Notes: a model not told the origin generated them from the sequence alone. DNA of 33,826 nt from Candidatus Bathyarchaeota archaeon (GCA_021158305.1 JAGGUU010000152.1:1-33826); one strand, 5' to 3'. Numbered from the stretch's first letter, positions 7,990-17,284 are shown. Translations and numbers: made by a program.

Positions 7990-9495
7990 ATGAAGCTTCG
8001 ACTTAGATCTGAAAAGACAGGAGATGAGGAGCTCCCATTCGCATTTATGCTCATTACTCTCATGGCTTCATGCGGCGTCTCTCCCTATGAGAGCTTTAAA
8101 AGGTTAAGGTTTGTCGATCTTCTCCCATTCATACAGAAAGAATCGAACGAAATAATCAGGCGAGTTGAGGTATTGAACATTGACCCCCTCTCCGCAATGC
8201 AGGAGAGGGCGGAAGAGACCGTCTCAGAGGATTACGGAGATTTTCTGAGGGGCTACGTCTCCACGGTTAAAAGCGGCGGAAGCATAACAAATTATCTGAA
8301 AAGCAAGCTAAAATCGATCTTCGATATCCATGCAGCTGCTGCGGCCCGTTCAATTGAGAGATTAGAGACCCTTGTAGAGGCGTATATGGCTGTGTTACTG
8401 GTTCTAATGAGCGTCTACATTCTCATAGCTGTTGTCTCTTTGTCATCTTTCTCAGATACTTTAGGATTTGTCTTCAATGGGCAAATACTCGTGTATCTTG
8501 TGCTCTTCTTTTTTATGCCTCTAGCTTCCATCATCTTTATGGCTTTCGCACATCTGTCTCGAAGAGGCACACTGATTAATATAAAGTACATTTACTTGAA
8601 GGCTATTCCATCCGCGATTATAGGACTGGCTGTGCTACTGGGGGTCTTCCTAGTTCCGGAAATAAGGGAAACTTTCATCTCCTCAATCTCTTCCATTCAG
8701 GAGATGGTTAATGCCACGCTTCCTTTCATTCATGTAGGATCATTGCTGAATTATGCAGTGCCAATCGTAACTATGCTCTCTTTTTCTTTGATCTCCATTC
8801 TTCCCGCGATCGAATATTCAAGAATCGCGAAGGTCAATCTTAAAGCTGAAGAATCAATACCGAGTTTCCTTCGGGATGTGAGCGAGAACAGAAAGACGGG
8901 GATGTCCCCTGAAAAGAGCATGTTTCAAGCAACGATGAGAAAGGGCTATGGCGTCTTTGGAGAGATTCTAAAGCGAATAGTGAATCAGATTGAATGGGGA
9001 GTTCCGCTGAGAAGCATCTTCGCAGACCTGAAAAGCCGTCTCAGAAGCTGGCCCGTCCTAATGGATTTTCTAATATTGATTGAGACAATAGAGGTGGGCG
9101 GTGGACCAGCTGAAGCTCTCGATCTCCTAGCATCATACAGCGAGAAGATCCGAGATATTGAGAAAAGTAAGAGAGATATGCTGAAGCCTTATATAATACT
9201 GCCTTTCATCTGGACAATCCTCATGGCATTAACGTTCACGTTTACATTCTACGTAGTTACGCATCTTCCAACGATAGGCGTAAGCGGACCTGCATTGCCG
9301 ACTCTTGAGTCACAGATGGCCCTATTTTCAAGTGCAATAATCTTCCAGTCGTGGCTTTCAGGGTTCTTCATAGGTAAAGTTACTCAGGGAGCCTTCGCAG
9401 CCGGATTCAAATATTCGATCCTCCTATCTCTCACCGCGCTTGTATCTCTTCTACTCTCGCAGAATATTATTGACTTAATAATGGGGATATTGTGA
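7990..9495 (+). CDS. Type IV pilus platform membrane protein (FlaJ/TadC/PilC-like, two T2SSF-type halves)
   Basis: Starts 2 nt after the ATPase stop, with SD GGAGGAG. It is a 501-aa polytopic membrane protein with two cytoplasmic helical regions, each followed by TM clusters, the canonical partner of FlaI-type ATPases. Confidence 0.85.
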   Translation: MKLRLRSEKTGDEELPFAFMLITLMASCGVSPYESFKRLRFVDLLPFIQKESNEIIRRVEVLNIDPLSAMQERAEETVSEDYGDFLRGYVSTVKSGGSITNYLKSKLKSIFDIHAAAAARSIERLETLVEAYMAVLLVLMSVYILIAVVSLSSFSDTLGFVFNGQILVYLVLFFFMPLASIIFMAFAHLSRRGTLINIKYIYLKAIPSAIIGLAVLLGVFLVPEIRETFISSISSIQEMVNATLPFIHVGSLLNYAVPIVTMLSFSLISILPAIEYSRIAKVNLKAEESIPSFLRDVSENRKTGMSPEKSMFQATMRKGYGVFGEILKRIVNQIEWGVPLRSIFADLKSRLRSWPVLMDFLILIETIEVGGGPAEALDLLASYSEKIRDIEKSKRDMLKPYIILPFIWTILMALTFTFTFYVVTHLPTIGVSGPALPTLESQMALFSSAIIFQSWLSGFFIGKVTQGAFAAGFKYSILLSLTALVSLLLSQNIIDLIMGIL

Positions 9496-9496
9496 A

Positions 9497-10561
9497 ATGC
9501 CAGTTACTTCGCTTGATACGCTACTCGCATCGTCAATCATGATCTGCTTGGTTCTAGCCTCAATGACCAGCGTATTCGCGGTTATTCAACCTTTTCTCAA
9601 AGATCAAGTCTCTCATCATGAAGTGGAAGCAAACCTAAGCCTAGCGGAATATCTGCTAATTGAAGCTGGAATCTCCGCTTCTTGGGGATCAAATATTAAT
9701 GAATCCTTGGTTATCTTTGGGCTGGCAAACCAGGATTCTCCAGTACCTTTTGAACTCGATATCGACAAAGTTACACGGCTAAACGAGAAAAACATATATA
9801 ACCTGAGTTTCTTGGAGGCATTTAACTCGTTAAATACGAAAGATAAGCCATTTAGGATCATAATTAAACCCTTATTTAACATTGCTGTTAATCTGGTGTC
9901 AAGAGAGGAAAACGATTCTGCCATAACATACCGATTTAACATTTTAGCTGAGAGATCTAATTTCCCAGTTAAGGCGGCTTTAAAGTGCTATGCCGTGATA
10001 AAAGATTACGTTGTTAGCTGCTCCTCTCAAACCTCAAGCTTAGGCGAAGGATTAATCGAGTTTTCATTGCCGAAGAGCCTGAGCGGAACCGCCCTATTGA
10101 TAGTCTTCGCTGAGACAGAGCCGAAGATGCTTTCATACACCGTTCATCGTTTTGCGCATAACTCACTAAATCCACCTAGTTCCGAGGGAAGATACGCTCT
10201 GCTCAGTCCATTAAATTATACATTAAGAGCCGACCTAAACTCTTCTAATAGGATTCTGCATGCCATGATCTTCACTTATAATTACGTATTTAATCTGACG
10301 GAGACTGAAGGAGATTCGACAATCCAGTACTTCATTATTCCGAAGATTCTGGATGAAAGCATCATGATCCTTGTTGGAACAGGATTGAACGCGAGTTCAT
10401 CAGAATGTTTCGCAGAGTGGGTTTCTTATCCTCAAATTCCCCTAGACTTCGGATTAGGCTTCACCAGCAAATATCAGCTGGCAGATTCATTCTCATTCCG
10501 CTTTCTCGTTACAATTAACTCCGCAATCTATGAATGCGAGGTGATCCTTTGGAGGTCATGA
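9497..10561 (+). CDS. Large pilin-like/pilus accessory protein (354 aa), N-terminal hydrophobic anchor
   Basis: MPVTSLDTLLASSIMICLVLASMTSVFAVI has the same MP..S[IL]D.L leader type as the 5951 gene product. There are many N-glycosylation sequons (NLS, NES, NLS, NDS, NSS, NYT, NLT, NAS). It starts 2 nt after the FlaJ-like gene stop. Confidence 0.5.
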   Translation: MPVTSLDTLLASSIMICLVLASMTSVFAVIQPFLKDQVSHHEVEANLSLAEYLLIEAGISASWGSNINESLVIFGLANQDSPVPFELDIDKVTRLNEKNIYNLSFLEAFNSLNTKDKPFRIIIKPLFNIAVNLVSREENDSAITYRFNILAERSNFPVKAALKCYAVIKDYVVSCSSQTSSLGEGLIEFSLPKSLSGTALLIVFAETEPKMLSYTVHRFAHNSLNPPSSEGRYALLSPLNYTLRADLNSSNRILHAMIFTYNYVFNLTETEGDSTIQYFIIPKILDESIMILVGTGLNASSSECFAEWVSYPQIPLDFGLGFTSKYQLADSFSFRFLVTINSAIYECEVILWRS

Positions 10562-10986
10562 AGATCCTTATGAATAAAAAGGGGCAAGTGCGCACTTTAG
10601 AAGCTCTCCTCGCAGTTGCCGTCGTATTCGCTGCTTTATTGCTGACGAGACCTATCTATACATCATATGACAACTTAGGTGATTATGATGTTCTGTATAC
10701 TATGGGTTTAAACGTTCTCGTTCAGCTTGACAGAGATGGAGATCTCGGAAGACTGATAAGTGAGAGAAACTGGACTGAGATTGCAGATAGACTCTCAATA
10801 ATGTTGCCTCTCGGCGTATCTTTCAACCTTACAGTCTACGATGAAGAATCGAATATACTTAATGACCGCCCAGTTTCCAGCGGGCTGATCGATAGTAAAT
10901 GCGTCGTTTCGATTCAATATATACTCGTCGATCGATCGAATCTTCGATTTTACGTGATTAGGCTTCAACTAGCATGGATGAAGTGA
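10558..10986 (+). CDS. Pilin-like protein with class III signal peptide
   Basis: MKILMNKKG|QVRTLEALLAVAVVFAALLL. The ATG overlaps the upstream TGA (ATGA) and is preceded by GGAGG. An alternative ATG lies at 10570 (MNKKGQ..). The track start at 10534 is less likely. Confidence 0.65.
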   Translation: MKILMNKKGQVRTLEALLAVAVVFAALLLTRPIYTSYDNLGDYDVLYTMGLNVLVQLDRDGDLGRLISERNWTEIADRLSIMLPLGVSFNLTVYDEESNILNDRPVSSGLIDSKCVVSIQYILVDRSNLRFYVIRLQLAWMK

Positions 10987-11753
10987 TGGATATGTTAAGG
11001 AATAATTCTGGTCAAGTTCTTCTCATAACTGCTTTAGCGATAGCCCTTATCATATCCTCCCTGATACTTTATGTTTACGAGACGAGTCAGAGCATAGCCT
11101 TTGCTGATCAGTCTTTGGAGCTTAACGGCTTCATTAGAAATGTTAAGATAGGCTCGAGGAATCTCGTAATTGGGAGCCTTGCAAATATTTCTAGCGGAGG
11201 AGAGAACGAGACATTAAGGATTAATCTTCAGGAGTGGAGATCATTCGTTGAGTCTCATTACTATGCGGGGGAATGTTCATTAAGCTATGAGTTATGCGAA
11301 GATTCACCATACTCGTCTGGGCTATGGATGTACTGGGGAACAGAAGGCTTAGGCGTATCAAGTGCTGAAGTTGATTTTTCGCTCAGCCTATCTGATAATA
11401 GCGGAGGAGTAGACGTTGCCTATTCTATTAACATCACAACTCACATTGAGATCAGCGCGATCTCAAAATGGATCTTAGGGTCACATCTGGTTAATGTAAC
11501 GATGCACTTATTTAATGAGGGCTCTCCAGCCCTTTGCAAAAACATAACGGTCTATTATAAAACTCCCAGCGGGAAGTGGAGTGATGCCTCAACAAGCAAC
11601 GATTATCTGCTTAAAGATTATGGTAATGGAACATATATTGCGCGGTTCACTATAAGCGATCAACCAATAGTACATAACAGAGAAATAATGGTTGAGTGCT
11701 TCGATCGAAGAGATATATTCGTTAAAGCGGTAACCAGATGCGTGGATCTCTAG
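10986..11753 (+). CDS. Pilin-like protein with class III signal peptide
   Basis: MDMLRNNSG|QVLLITALAIALIISSLILYVY has the same G|QV motif as the previous gene. The ATG overlaps the upstream TGA (TGATG). Alternative in-frame ATGs lie at 10974 and 10992. This is the last gene of the operon. Confidence 0.65.
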   Translation: MDMLRNNSGQVLLITALAIALIISSLILYVYETSQSIAFADQSLELNGFIRNVKIGSRNLVIGSLANISSGGENETLRINLQEWRSFVESHYYAGECSLSYELCEDSPYSSGLWMYWGTEGLGVSSAEVDFSLSLSDNSGGVDVAYSINITTHIEISAISKWILGSHLVNVTMHLFNEGSPALCKNITVYYKTPSGKWSDASTSNDYLLKDYGNGTYIARFTISDQPIVHNREIMVECFDRRDIFVKAVTRCVDL

Positions 11754-11804
11754 CAGAAAAATAATCCAGTTAAGAATAGAAATTCAGAAGTTTTACTCAG
11801 CTCC

Positions 11805-11813
11805 TTTTATAAA
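11805..11813 (+). promoter_or_regulatory. TATA-like box TTTTATAAA ~30 nt upstream of ATG 11839 (leaderless or near-leaderless transcript)
   Basis: AT-rich octamer in CTCCTTTTATAAATG. The spacing to the start codon matches the archaeal TATA-to-TSS distance. No SD precedes the ATG. Confidence 0.35.
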
Positions 11814-11838
11814 TGTCTCTAAAAAATAAACTCTCAGT

Positions 11839-12372
11839 ATGGATCTCGCTTGGCTGATTAAGCGATTTATTCCTGAAGGCACATGGCTTTGGCGCACCAT
11901 TCTCTTGCTTGGTTTTATATTCTTAGACTTCATGATAACAGCGTCTCTATGTAAGACACCGCTCGCCGAAGCAAATCCCTATGCCAGATTCTTCATGCAG
12001 AGATACGGCATACTGGAAGGACTCATATTCTTTAATCTTCTCGCAACATTACCAATCTATGCTGTTCTTGTATTCGACTCTCACCTAATTAAGCAAACAC
12101 AACACTGCAGAGCTAAAGCTGAATTTGCAATCGATATTGCCTTGGCATGGCTTGTTGCAGGAATCCGCTTTGACGGAGCTATGAGTTGGCTGTGGAATGC
12201 GCCTAATCTGCTTCGGCAAGCAACGGGATTTGCCATCTATCTAGCCATCACCGTTCCTCTTCTTCATTTGTTTCCCAGAACTTTAAGCGACGCTAGATTC
12301 TTTGCTTTAAAAAGGAATAAAACTAAAGACGCTATTCATGTTGAGGATCAGAGGATTCTCGGCAATTCTTAA
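11839..12372 (+). CDS. Hypothetical 4-TM membrane protein (DUF5658-like, tentative)
   Basis: Hydrophobic segments are present, with FLDFMIT in TM1 followed by AEANPY, a D...T...E-x-NP pattern I associate with DUF5658 membrane proteins. It has no GxGD peptidase motif. Confidence 0.55.
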   Translation: MDLAWLIKRFIPEGTWLWRTILLLGFIFLDFMITASLCKTPLAEANPYARFFMQRYGILEGLIFFNLLATLPIYAVLVFDSHLIKQTQHCRAKAEFAIDIALAWLVAGIRFDGAMSWLWNAPNLLRQATGFAIYLAITVPLLHLFPRTLSDARFFALKRNKTKDAIHVEDQRILGNS

Positions 12373-12411
12373 GTACAATGAAGAAAAAAATCAGAAAGGC
12401 GATACGTAGAC

Positions 12412-13536
12412 ATGAACGATATTGATAAGGTGCGAGAGTGTTTTCCACACGTAAAAGAGAAGATCTTCCTCAATCATGCTGGTGTCTCTCCTCTATGCAT
12501 TCCTGTCCTAAATGCAATTAAAGAATTCTTAGAATGCAGAACCCTAAGCAAGGAGGGTTTCAATCTAGAATCAGCTAAAAAATTTTTTGCTTGTTTAATA
12601 AATGCCGATTCTGAAGAGATAGCTCTTGTACCGAATACGTCAACGGGACTAAATGTAGCGGCAAATATGCTTAGTTATCCTAGAGGATGCAATATTGTTA
12701 CTGCGGATCTAGAGTTTCCTTCAGTCGTTTATCCATGGCTTAGGATTAAAATAAACCTCAACCTTGAGATTCGCTATGTGAAAAATATTGTGGGAAAGCT
12801 TAGAATTGAGGATTTCGAGAAGGCGGTGGACGATAATACCGTAGCAGTGGTTATCAGCCATGTTGAGTACGGAAATGGATTTAGGAATAATCTGAAAGAA
12901 ATCAGCGAAATAGCGCATGATCACGGAGCATTCCTTATCGTAGACGCGTGTCAATCGGCTGGCGCCGTAAAAATAGATGTTAAACGACAAAATATCGATT
13001 TTCTAGCTACTTCATGTTATAAATGGCTTCTCGGACCATGCGGAGCCGGCTTCCTATACGTCAAAAAAGATCTAATAAAGGAGTACTGTCCCACCTATGT
13101 TGGATGGGCAAGTGTTAAGCGTGAAATTTTCGAGACAGCAGACCTCTGGAACAATACTGAGCTTATTCTCTCCGAGACGGCGAGCCGATTCGAAACTGGA
13201 ACACCGAGTTACCTCAGCTATGTAGGTGCGTCATCAGCGCTTAAGATGATCCTTGAATATGGCGTCGATCGGATTGAAGATCGCATAGGAGAACTAATTG
13301 ACTATTTGATCGGGAGACTTGAAGAAGAAGGTTTTGATCTTCAAACGCCGAAGGATCCTTCCAATCGCTCCGGGATCATCAACTTTAAGATCTCAGATCC
13401 TATAAAGAAAGTTGAGGAACTACGTAAAAAGGGAGTGATAGTCTCTGCGCGTATGAATGGAATACGGGTTTCTCCTCACTTCTACAATACAAAAGAGGAG
13501 ATTGAAGAGTTTATTGAGCAATTAAAGAAAATATGA
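12412..13536 (+). CDS. PLP-dependent class V aminotransferase / cysteine desulfurase-selenocysteine lyase family
   Basis: Contains LNHAGVSP, the NTSTGLN loop, IVDACQSAG (PLP Asp) and ATSCYKWLLGPCGAGFLYV (Schiff-base Lys in the S-x-x-K-W-L-x-GP-x-G-x-G context). Length is 374 aa. Confidence 0.85.
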   Translation: MNDIDKVRECFPHVKEKIFLNHAGVSPLCIPVLNAIKEFLECRTLSKEGFNLESAKKFFACLINADSEEIALVPNTSTGLNVAANMLSYPRGCNIVTADLEFPSVVYPWLRIKINLNLEIRYVKNIVGKLRIEDFEKAVDDNTVAVVISHVEYGNGFRNNLKEISEIAHDHGAFLIVDACQSAGAVKIDVKRQNIDFLATSCYKWLLGPCGAGFLYVKKDLIKEYCPTYVGWASVKREIFETADLWNNTELILSETASRFETGTPSYLSYVGASSALKMILEYGVDRIEDRIGELIDYLIGRLEEEGFDLQTPKDPSNRSGIINFKISDPIKKVEELRKKGVIVSARMNGIRVSPHFYNTKEEIEEFIEQLKKI

Positions 13537-13544
13537 CTGGCGAG

Positions 13545-14108
13545 CTAAGGCTCATATCTACCGATGTACTCCTCGACTCTTCGGCGGCATAATGGACAGA
13601 AATCTTCCCGTTTCATATCAGTCATGCCTATATGAAGGGAAAAATGCATGACGCATGTCGGATTTGAGCAATGTCTAAGCCCAAGTGTATGTCCAATCTC
13701 GTGAACAGCTTCCTTCACAGCTCTATGAGTAAATAAGCTCCAGTTAGAAGGTTTACCGTAAAATTCGGGCTTAAGCCTATAAAGCGAGATCAAGGCAGCT
13801 TTGCCTAAAAATTCAGCTTCTCCAAAGATGAAGTTTAAGCCGGGAGCATATATATCGACATCGACAACTCCTAAAAACCTGCTGAGTGGCCTCTCGCTGG
13901 CATGCTCCTCAGCGTATCTTCTTATATCCCGCAGAATCATTTCTGATAGGTACTGCCGCCTAGAAACGTTGTATGCCCCTGCTGGAATGGGAAGAGTATC
14001 CCGAGATATCAAACATGAGCTTCTCGGAAATATGCTCAAAAGATCGTTTGCTATCTTCGCCAGAACCTTTCTATCCACGGTTCCTACCGGCAAGATTGTA
14101 ATTTTCAA
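13545..14108 (-). CDS. amzA: Archaemetzincin (zinc metalloprotease, AmzA family)
   Basis: HEIGHTLGLRHCSNPTCVMHFS followed by FCPLC matches the archaemetzincin signature HExxHxxGxxHCxxxxCxMxxS plus a second Cys pair. Length is 187 aa. Confidence 0.9.
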   Translation of the reverse strand: MKITILPVGTVDRKVLAKIANDLLSIFPRSSCLISRDTLPIPAGAYNVSRRQYLSEMILRDIRRYAEEHASERPLSRFLGVVDVDIYAPGLNFIFGEAEFLGKAALISLYRLKPEFYGKPSNWSLFTHRAVKEAVHEIGHTLGLRHCSNPTCVMHFSLHIGMTDMKREDFCPLCRRRVEEYIGRYEP

Positions 14109-14127
14109 TCTGCCCAGCCACTTTCAA

Positions 14128-15402
14128 CTATATTGCGAAGGTTTCGCCTGTCTTCGGAGCCTTAGCTTCAAGACCTACTTCTTCTCTTATCCACTTTGCA
14201 AATTTTTGACAATTTCCTTCGGCTCCATGGACAACGTAGACCTTCGGCTCTCCCTTTAGTTTCTTAATCGTCTCCTTCAGCTCTTTCGCACCTGAATGAC
14301 TGGAGAAATCGAAGAAGCCGACTTTAGCTTTAATCTTCTGTATCTTACCGTCGATAACGCATTCTCCCTTATCAAGCAATTCTCTCCCCGGAGTTCCAGG
14401 TATTTGATATCCAACTAGAAAAACAGCATTCTTTGTTTTCTTTCCTACCGTTTGAATGTAGGAAGCGACAGGACCGCCCTTAAGCATCCCGGCGGGAGAT
14501 ATTATCACCCCCGGCCTCCTCATCGCTTCCTTTCGTTCCCTCCAGCTCTCTATCCAGTTAGCTAGATGAACTCCCTCCATGAAGAGCTTAGGATCCTTAA
14601 TAAAGTCTAAATGTCCCATCATTATTCTTGTTGCTTCTCTAGCCATGCCATCTAAAACCACTGGATACTCAAAGTGATGAGCAGCTAGAATACAAGCAAT
14701 CTCCTGTGCGCGTCCAACACTAAAGGCTGGAACCAGAACCGTTCCTCCGGATTCAACAACATTAATGACTTCCTCAACAAATTTTTTCTCGAGCTCCTTC
14801 CTCGGAGTGTGATCCTCATCGGCATACGTGCTCTCGATTATTATCGCATCAATCTCTCCATAGTCAAGGTCAGCTGGCGGTAAGAGCCTCGTCTCTACGG
14901 CGTTAAAGTCGCTTGTATAGACAAGCCGTTTGCCGCATGCCTCAACCAGCACGGATGCTCCGCCTGGGATATGGCCGGAGTTCAGCAGCTCAAACTTTAT
15001 ATCCCCAATAACCGTTTCCTCCCGAAAGCCTATGTCTTTGCGGCTTCTCATCATCGAGCGAAGTTCAAGATACTCAAAAGGCAAGTAGTACCCGGATAAA
15101 TGAATAAAGTCCTTAATGAGTATGTTTGTTAAGTTGAAGGTTAAGCGCGTCCCATAGACCGGTTTTCTCCCGCCTATGTGAAATATTGGAACAGCTCCTG
15201 AATGATCTAGGTGGCTATGCGTAACCACTATCGCATCAACTTCCTTTGGTGGAACATGCATCGGGAAGCCTGGAGTATGATTAAGCATGACACCATAGTC
15301 TAACAGAATCTTAGTAGTCTCAGTTTTAACGTATATCGCCGCTCTTCCAACCTCTCTTGCACTACCCAGAAACGTAACTTCTAAGGAGATCTCTTCCACC
15401 AT
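14128..15402 (-). CDS. beta-CASP metallo-beta-lactamase-fold ribonuclease, aCPSF2-like (no KH domains)
   Basis: Contains VTHSHLDHSG (HxHxDH). It also has the beta-CASP motifs YTSDF (A), FSSHSG (B) and VVHGAEG (C). It is 424 aa with no N-terminal KH extension. Confidence 0.85.
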   Translation of the reverse strand: MVEEISLEVTFLGSAREVGRAAIYVKTETTKILLDYGVMLNHTPGFPMHVPPKEVDAIVVTHSHLDHSGAVPIFHIGGRKPVYGTRLTFNLTNILIKDFIHLSGYYLPFEYLELRSMMRSRKDIGFREETVIGDIKFELLNSGHIPGGASVLVEACGKRLVYTSDFNAVETRLLPPADLDYGEIDAIIIESTYADEDHTPRKELEKKFVEEVINVVESGGTVLVPAFSVGRAQEIACILAAHHFEYPVVLDGMAREATRIMMGHLDFIKDPKLFMEGVHLANWIESWRERKEAMRRPGVIISPAGMLKGGPVASYIQTVGKKTKNAVFLVGYQIPGTPGRELLDKGECVIDGKIQKIKAKVGFFDFSSHSGAKELKETIKKLKGEPKVYVVHGAEGNCQKFAKWIREEVGLEAKAPKTGETFAI

Positions 15403-15515
15403 CCAGGACCAGCATATTTCTTGTTTTCATCAGCTGATCTTTGTTCCTCTATAGATGTCCAGAGAGAAGTTAATAAGTATTTATACTCACCAATCATTTC
15501 CATCGTGCAGATGTT

Positions 15516-15521
15516 AAAAAA
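15516..15521 (-). terminator. Oligo-T (T6 on the minus strand) ~27 nt downstream of the arcTGT stop
   Basis: The minus strand reads GGTATTTTTTAAC. It lies in the 145-nt gap before the beta-CASP gene, which has its own TATA-like TATAAATA at complement(15478..15485). Confidence 0.35.
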
Positions 15522-15547
15522 TACCGTTTCTTTTTGAAATAAGGTAT

Positions 15548-17101
15548 CTAAGCCCTTAAAAATTCCATTTTCTTCATCACTTTTTCCGCGCAGATCTCCG
15601 ATACTCTCTCCTGCCACGTTCCTGGCTCCAAAATCATAACTATCTTTTTATATCGGCTTTTCTCTACGTATTCAATTATTCTCTGAGCGACGTATTCTAT
15701 CGTCTCCACATCTGGAGGCAATGCAAACTCATATTGCGAAAGCGGGTAAATATCGCTAATCTCCTGAGGAACGATGCCGAATGGAAGAACATAGAAACAA
15801 ACGTGAATTCGATCCCTGCTAATCTTTAGCTCTTCGCATAACTTCGCAATAATCCTCTTATATTTCTTCTTCTTGACTGTCAGCCTCGGGCTTAAGGATG
15901 GAAGCAAAATAAGAACCTCAGCGGCTTCTGGCTGCTCGTACCTCTCCGACAGCCTCTTCCTATGACGAATGACCTCAGGTCTTGCAAGGTCCACAGAGCT
16001 GAAGAAGAATAATCCGCTTCTCTTCGACACCGGGCTGTATCTTTCCAGAATTTCACCATAATCCTTAAGCTTCTTAGCTGCCTGGAGCAATGAGGGGTGA
16101 CCGTGAGATCTCATCATCAAATATTCCCATAAGCGCCCTTCAACTATCGCTTGTTTGATTCTCCTTATCTCTGCGAAGCAGACGTGAAGGTTATGTCGGG
16201 TTAGCTCAGCTTCACGTTCGTTCTTCGGCATATCCAAAAAATCCTTAGGATCCCGCTTGTAGCATACTGGACAAGAACATGGTAAATATTCGAGCTCTTC
16301 AAGGCGAATTGTTCCATAAGTGGTTAAATATCGATCATCATGGGCAAATATATTGTATGCTGCAGAATCGAATAAGTCACAGCCCAAAGCAACAGCCAAA
16401 GCGAACATAAATGGATGTCCAGCTCCAAATAAGTGAAACGGGCGGCTGGAGGAAACATTCATTTTGGCAGTGATTATCATATCTACGAGTAGATCAAAGA
16501 GATACTGCTCCATAACCGGCGTGGGGCTTCCTAACGCATGTATGTCAAACGGAAGATTATTCATCTCCTTAGCTGACTTAGCGATAAGATCCAAGTATCT
16601 TCCGCCCTGAATAGGCCCAACCCACAGAATATCCTTCTTGCTCCTTAATTCTTCCAGTTCTCTAGCTCTCTTCACGGTCTCCTTAACCGTATATTCCGCA
16701 TGTTCCCTTGAGGCGTTCCATCCAGTAGGCACGTCAAGTATCGTAGCAATATCAGTTCCGATATCCTCTTGAAACCTAACAATTTCCTCCGGCGTAGCTT
16801 CTATATCTCCGTACTCAAGTATCTGGTAAGCCCCAGAATCCGTCATGATCACCCCGGGAAAATCTAGAAATTTATGTATCCCCATCTCCACCGCCGCCTT
16901 AGCCTGCTGCTTCTTAAGAATGTAAGCATTAGTTATCAGAATCCTGCAACCAAATTCTTCCCAGAGCTCCCTCGGAGTAACAGTTTGCTTTGCCATATTT
17001 ATCACGGGAAGGAAAGCCGGGGTCTCAATACTGCCGCTCTTAGTTTTTATTCTCCCTATCCTCGCGAGGAGATCCCTATTTCTTACTTCAAATTCGGCCA
17101 T
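15548..17101 (-). CDS. tgtA: Archaeosine tRNA-guanine(15) transglycosylase (arcTGT), short form apparently without a PUA domain
   Basis: N-terminus is EVRNRDLLARIGRIKTKSGSIETPAFLPV. It also has ILITNAYIL, MTDSGAYQ, DVPT and the zinc site LPCSCPVCYK...H. SD AGGAGGA lies 8 nt upstream of the ATG. At 517 aa it is shorter than the ~580-650-aa euryarchaeal forms. Confidence 0.9.
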   Translation of the reverse strand: MAEFEVRNRDLLARIGRIKTKSGSIETPAFLPVINMAKQTVTPRELWEEFGCRILITNAYILKKQQAKAAVEMGIHKFLDFPGVIMTDSGAYQILEYGDIEATPEEIVRFQEDIGTDIATILDVPTGWNASREHAEYTVKETVKRARELEELRSKKDILWVGPIQGGRYLDLIAKSAKEMNNLPFDIHALGSPTPVMEQYLFDLLVDMIITAKMNVSSSRPFHLFGAGHPFMFALAVALGCDLFDSAAYNIFAHDDRYLTTYGTIRLEELEYLPCSCPVCYKRDPKDFLDMPKNEREAELTRHNLHVCFAEIRRIKQAIVEGRLWEYLMMRSHGHPSLLQAAKKLKDYGEILERYSPVSKRSGLFFFSSVDLARPEVIRHRKRLSERYEQPEAAEVLILLPSLSPRLTVKKKKYKRIIAKLCEELKISRDRIHVCFYVLPFGIVPQEISDIYPLSQYEFALPPDVETIEYVAQRIIEYVEKSRYKKIVMILEPGTWQERVSEICAEKVMKKMEFLRA

Positions 17102-17284
17102 AACCGCCGTCCTCCTAAAGGAACCGATGCTTGTAAGAGCTCGAAATATGAAAAATTTAAGCGTCCTCCCTCATAACGGTCTCTTGAGATCCATTACCTT
17201 TCTTTGAAATGCTTTTTTATTGCGGCTCTGCATCTTCTCTCTAATATTTAAGGCTTATAATATATGTGTTTCATCGGGACATTT

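Noticed and set aside
4521-11753. Interpretation of the locus as an archaellum (motility) operon
   Set aside because: I recognise no FlaH/KaiC-like ATP-binding protein, no FlaG/FlaF and no FlaC/D/E. The pilin-like genes are heterogeneous rather than paralogous archaellins. An adhesion- or uptake-type T4P is more consistent.
11839-12372. Membrane protein just downstream of the pilus operon as the missing prepilin peptidase
   Set aside because: It is only 177 aa. It lacks the two catalytic Asp contexts (notably GxGD) of A24/PibD/FlaK peptidases. It has its own TATA box and an 85-nt gap, so it looks like an unrelated DUF5658-type protein.
12412-13536. Possibility that the PLP enzyme is SepCysS, the partner of the SepRS in this window
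   Set aside because: The Schiff-base lysine context (SCYKWLLGPCGAGFLY) and the overall motif set look like generic class V aminotransferase/cysteine desulfurase-type enzymes. They do not match the SepCysS pattern I remember. The gene is also 8 kb away and not linked to sepS. A profile search is needed to be certain.
15381-15617. 78-aa minus-strand ORF bridging the arcTGT 3' end and the beta-CASP 5' end
   Set aside because: It overlaps the arcTGT coding end in another frame and spans the T6 terminator and TATA-like box. It shows no protein-like features.
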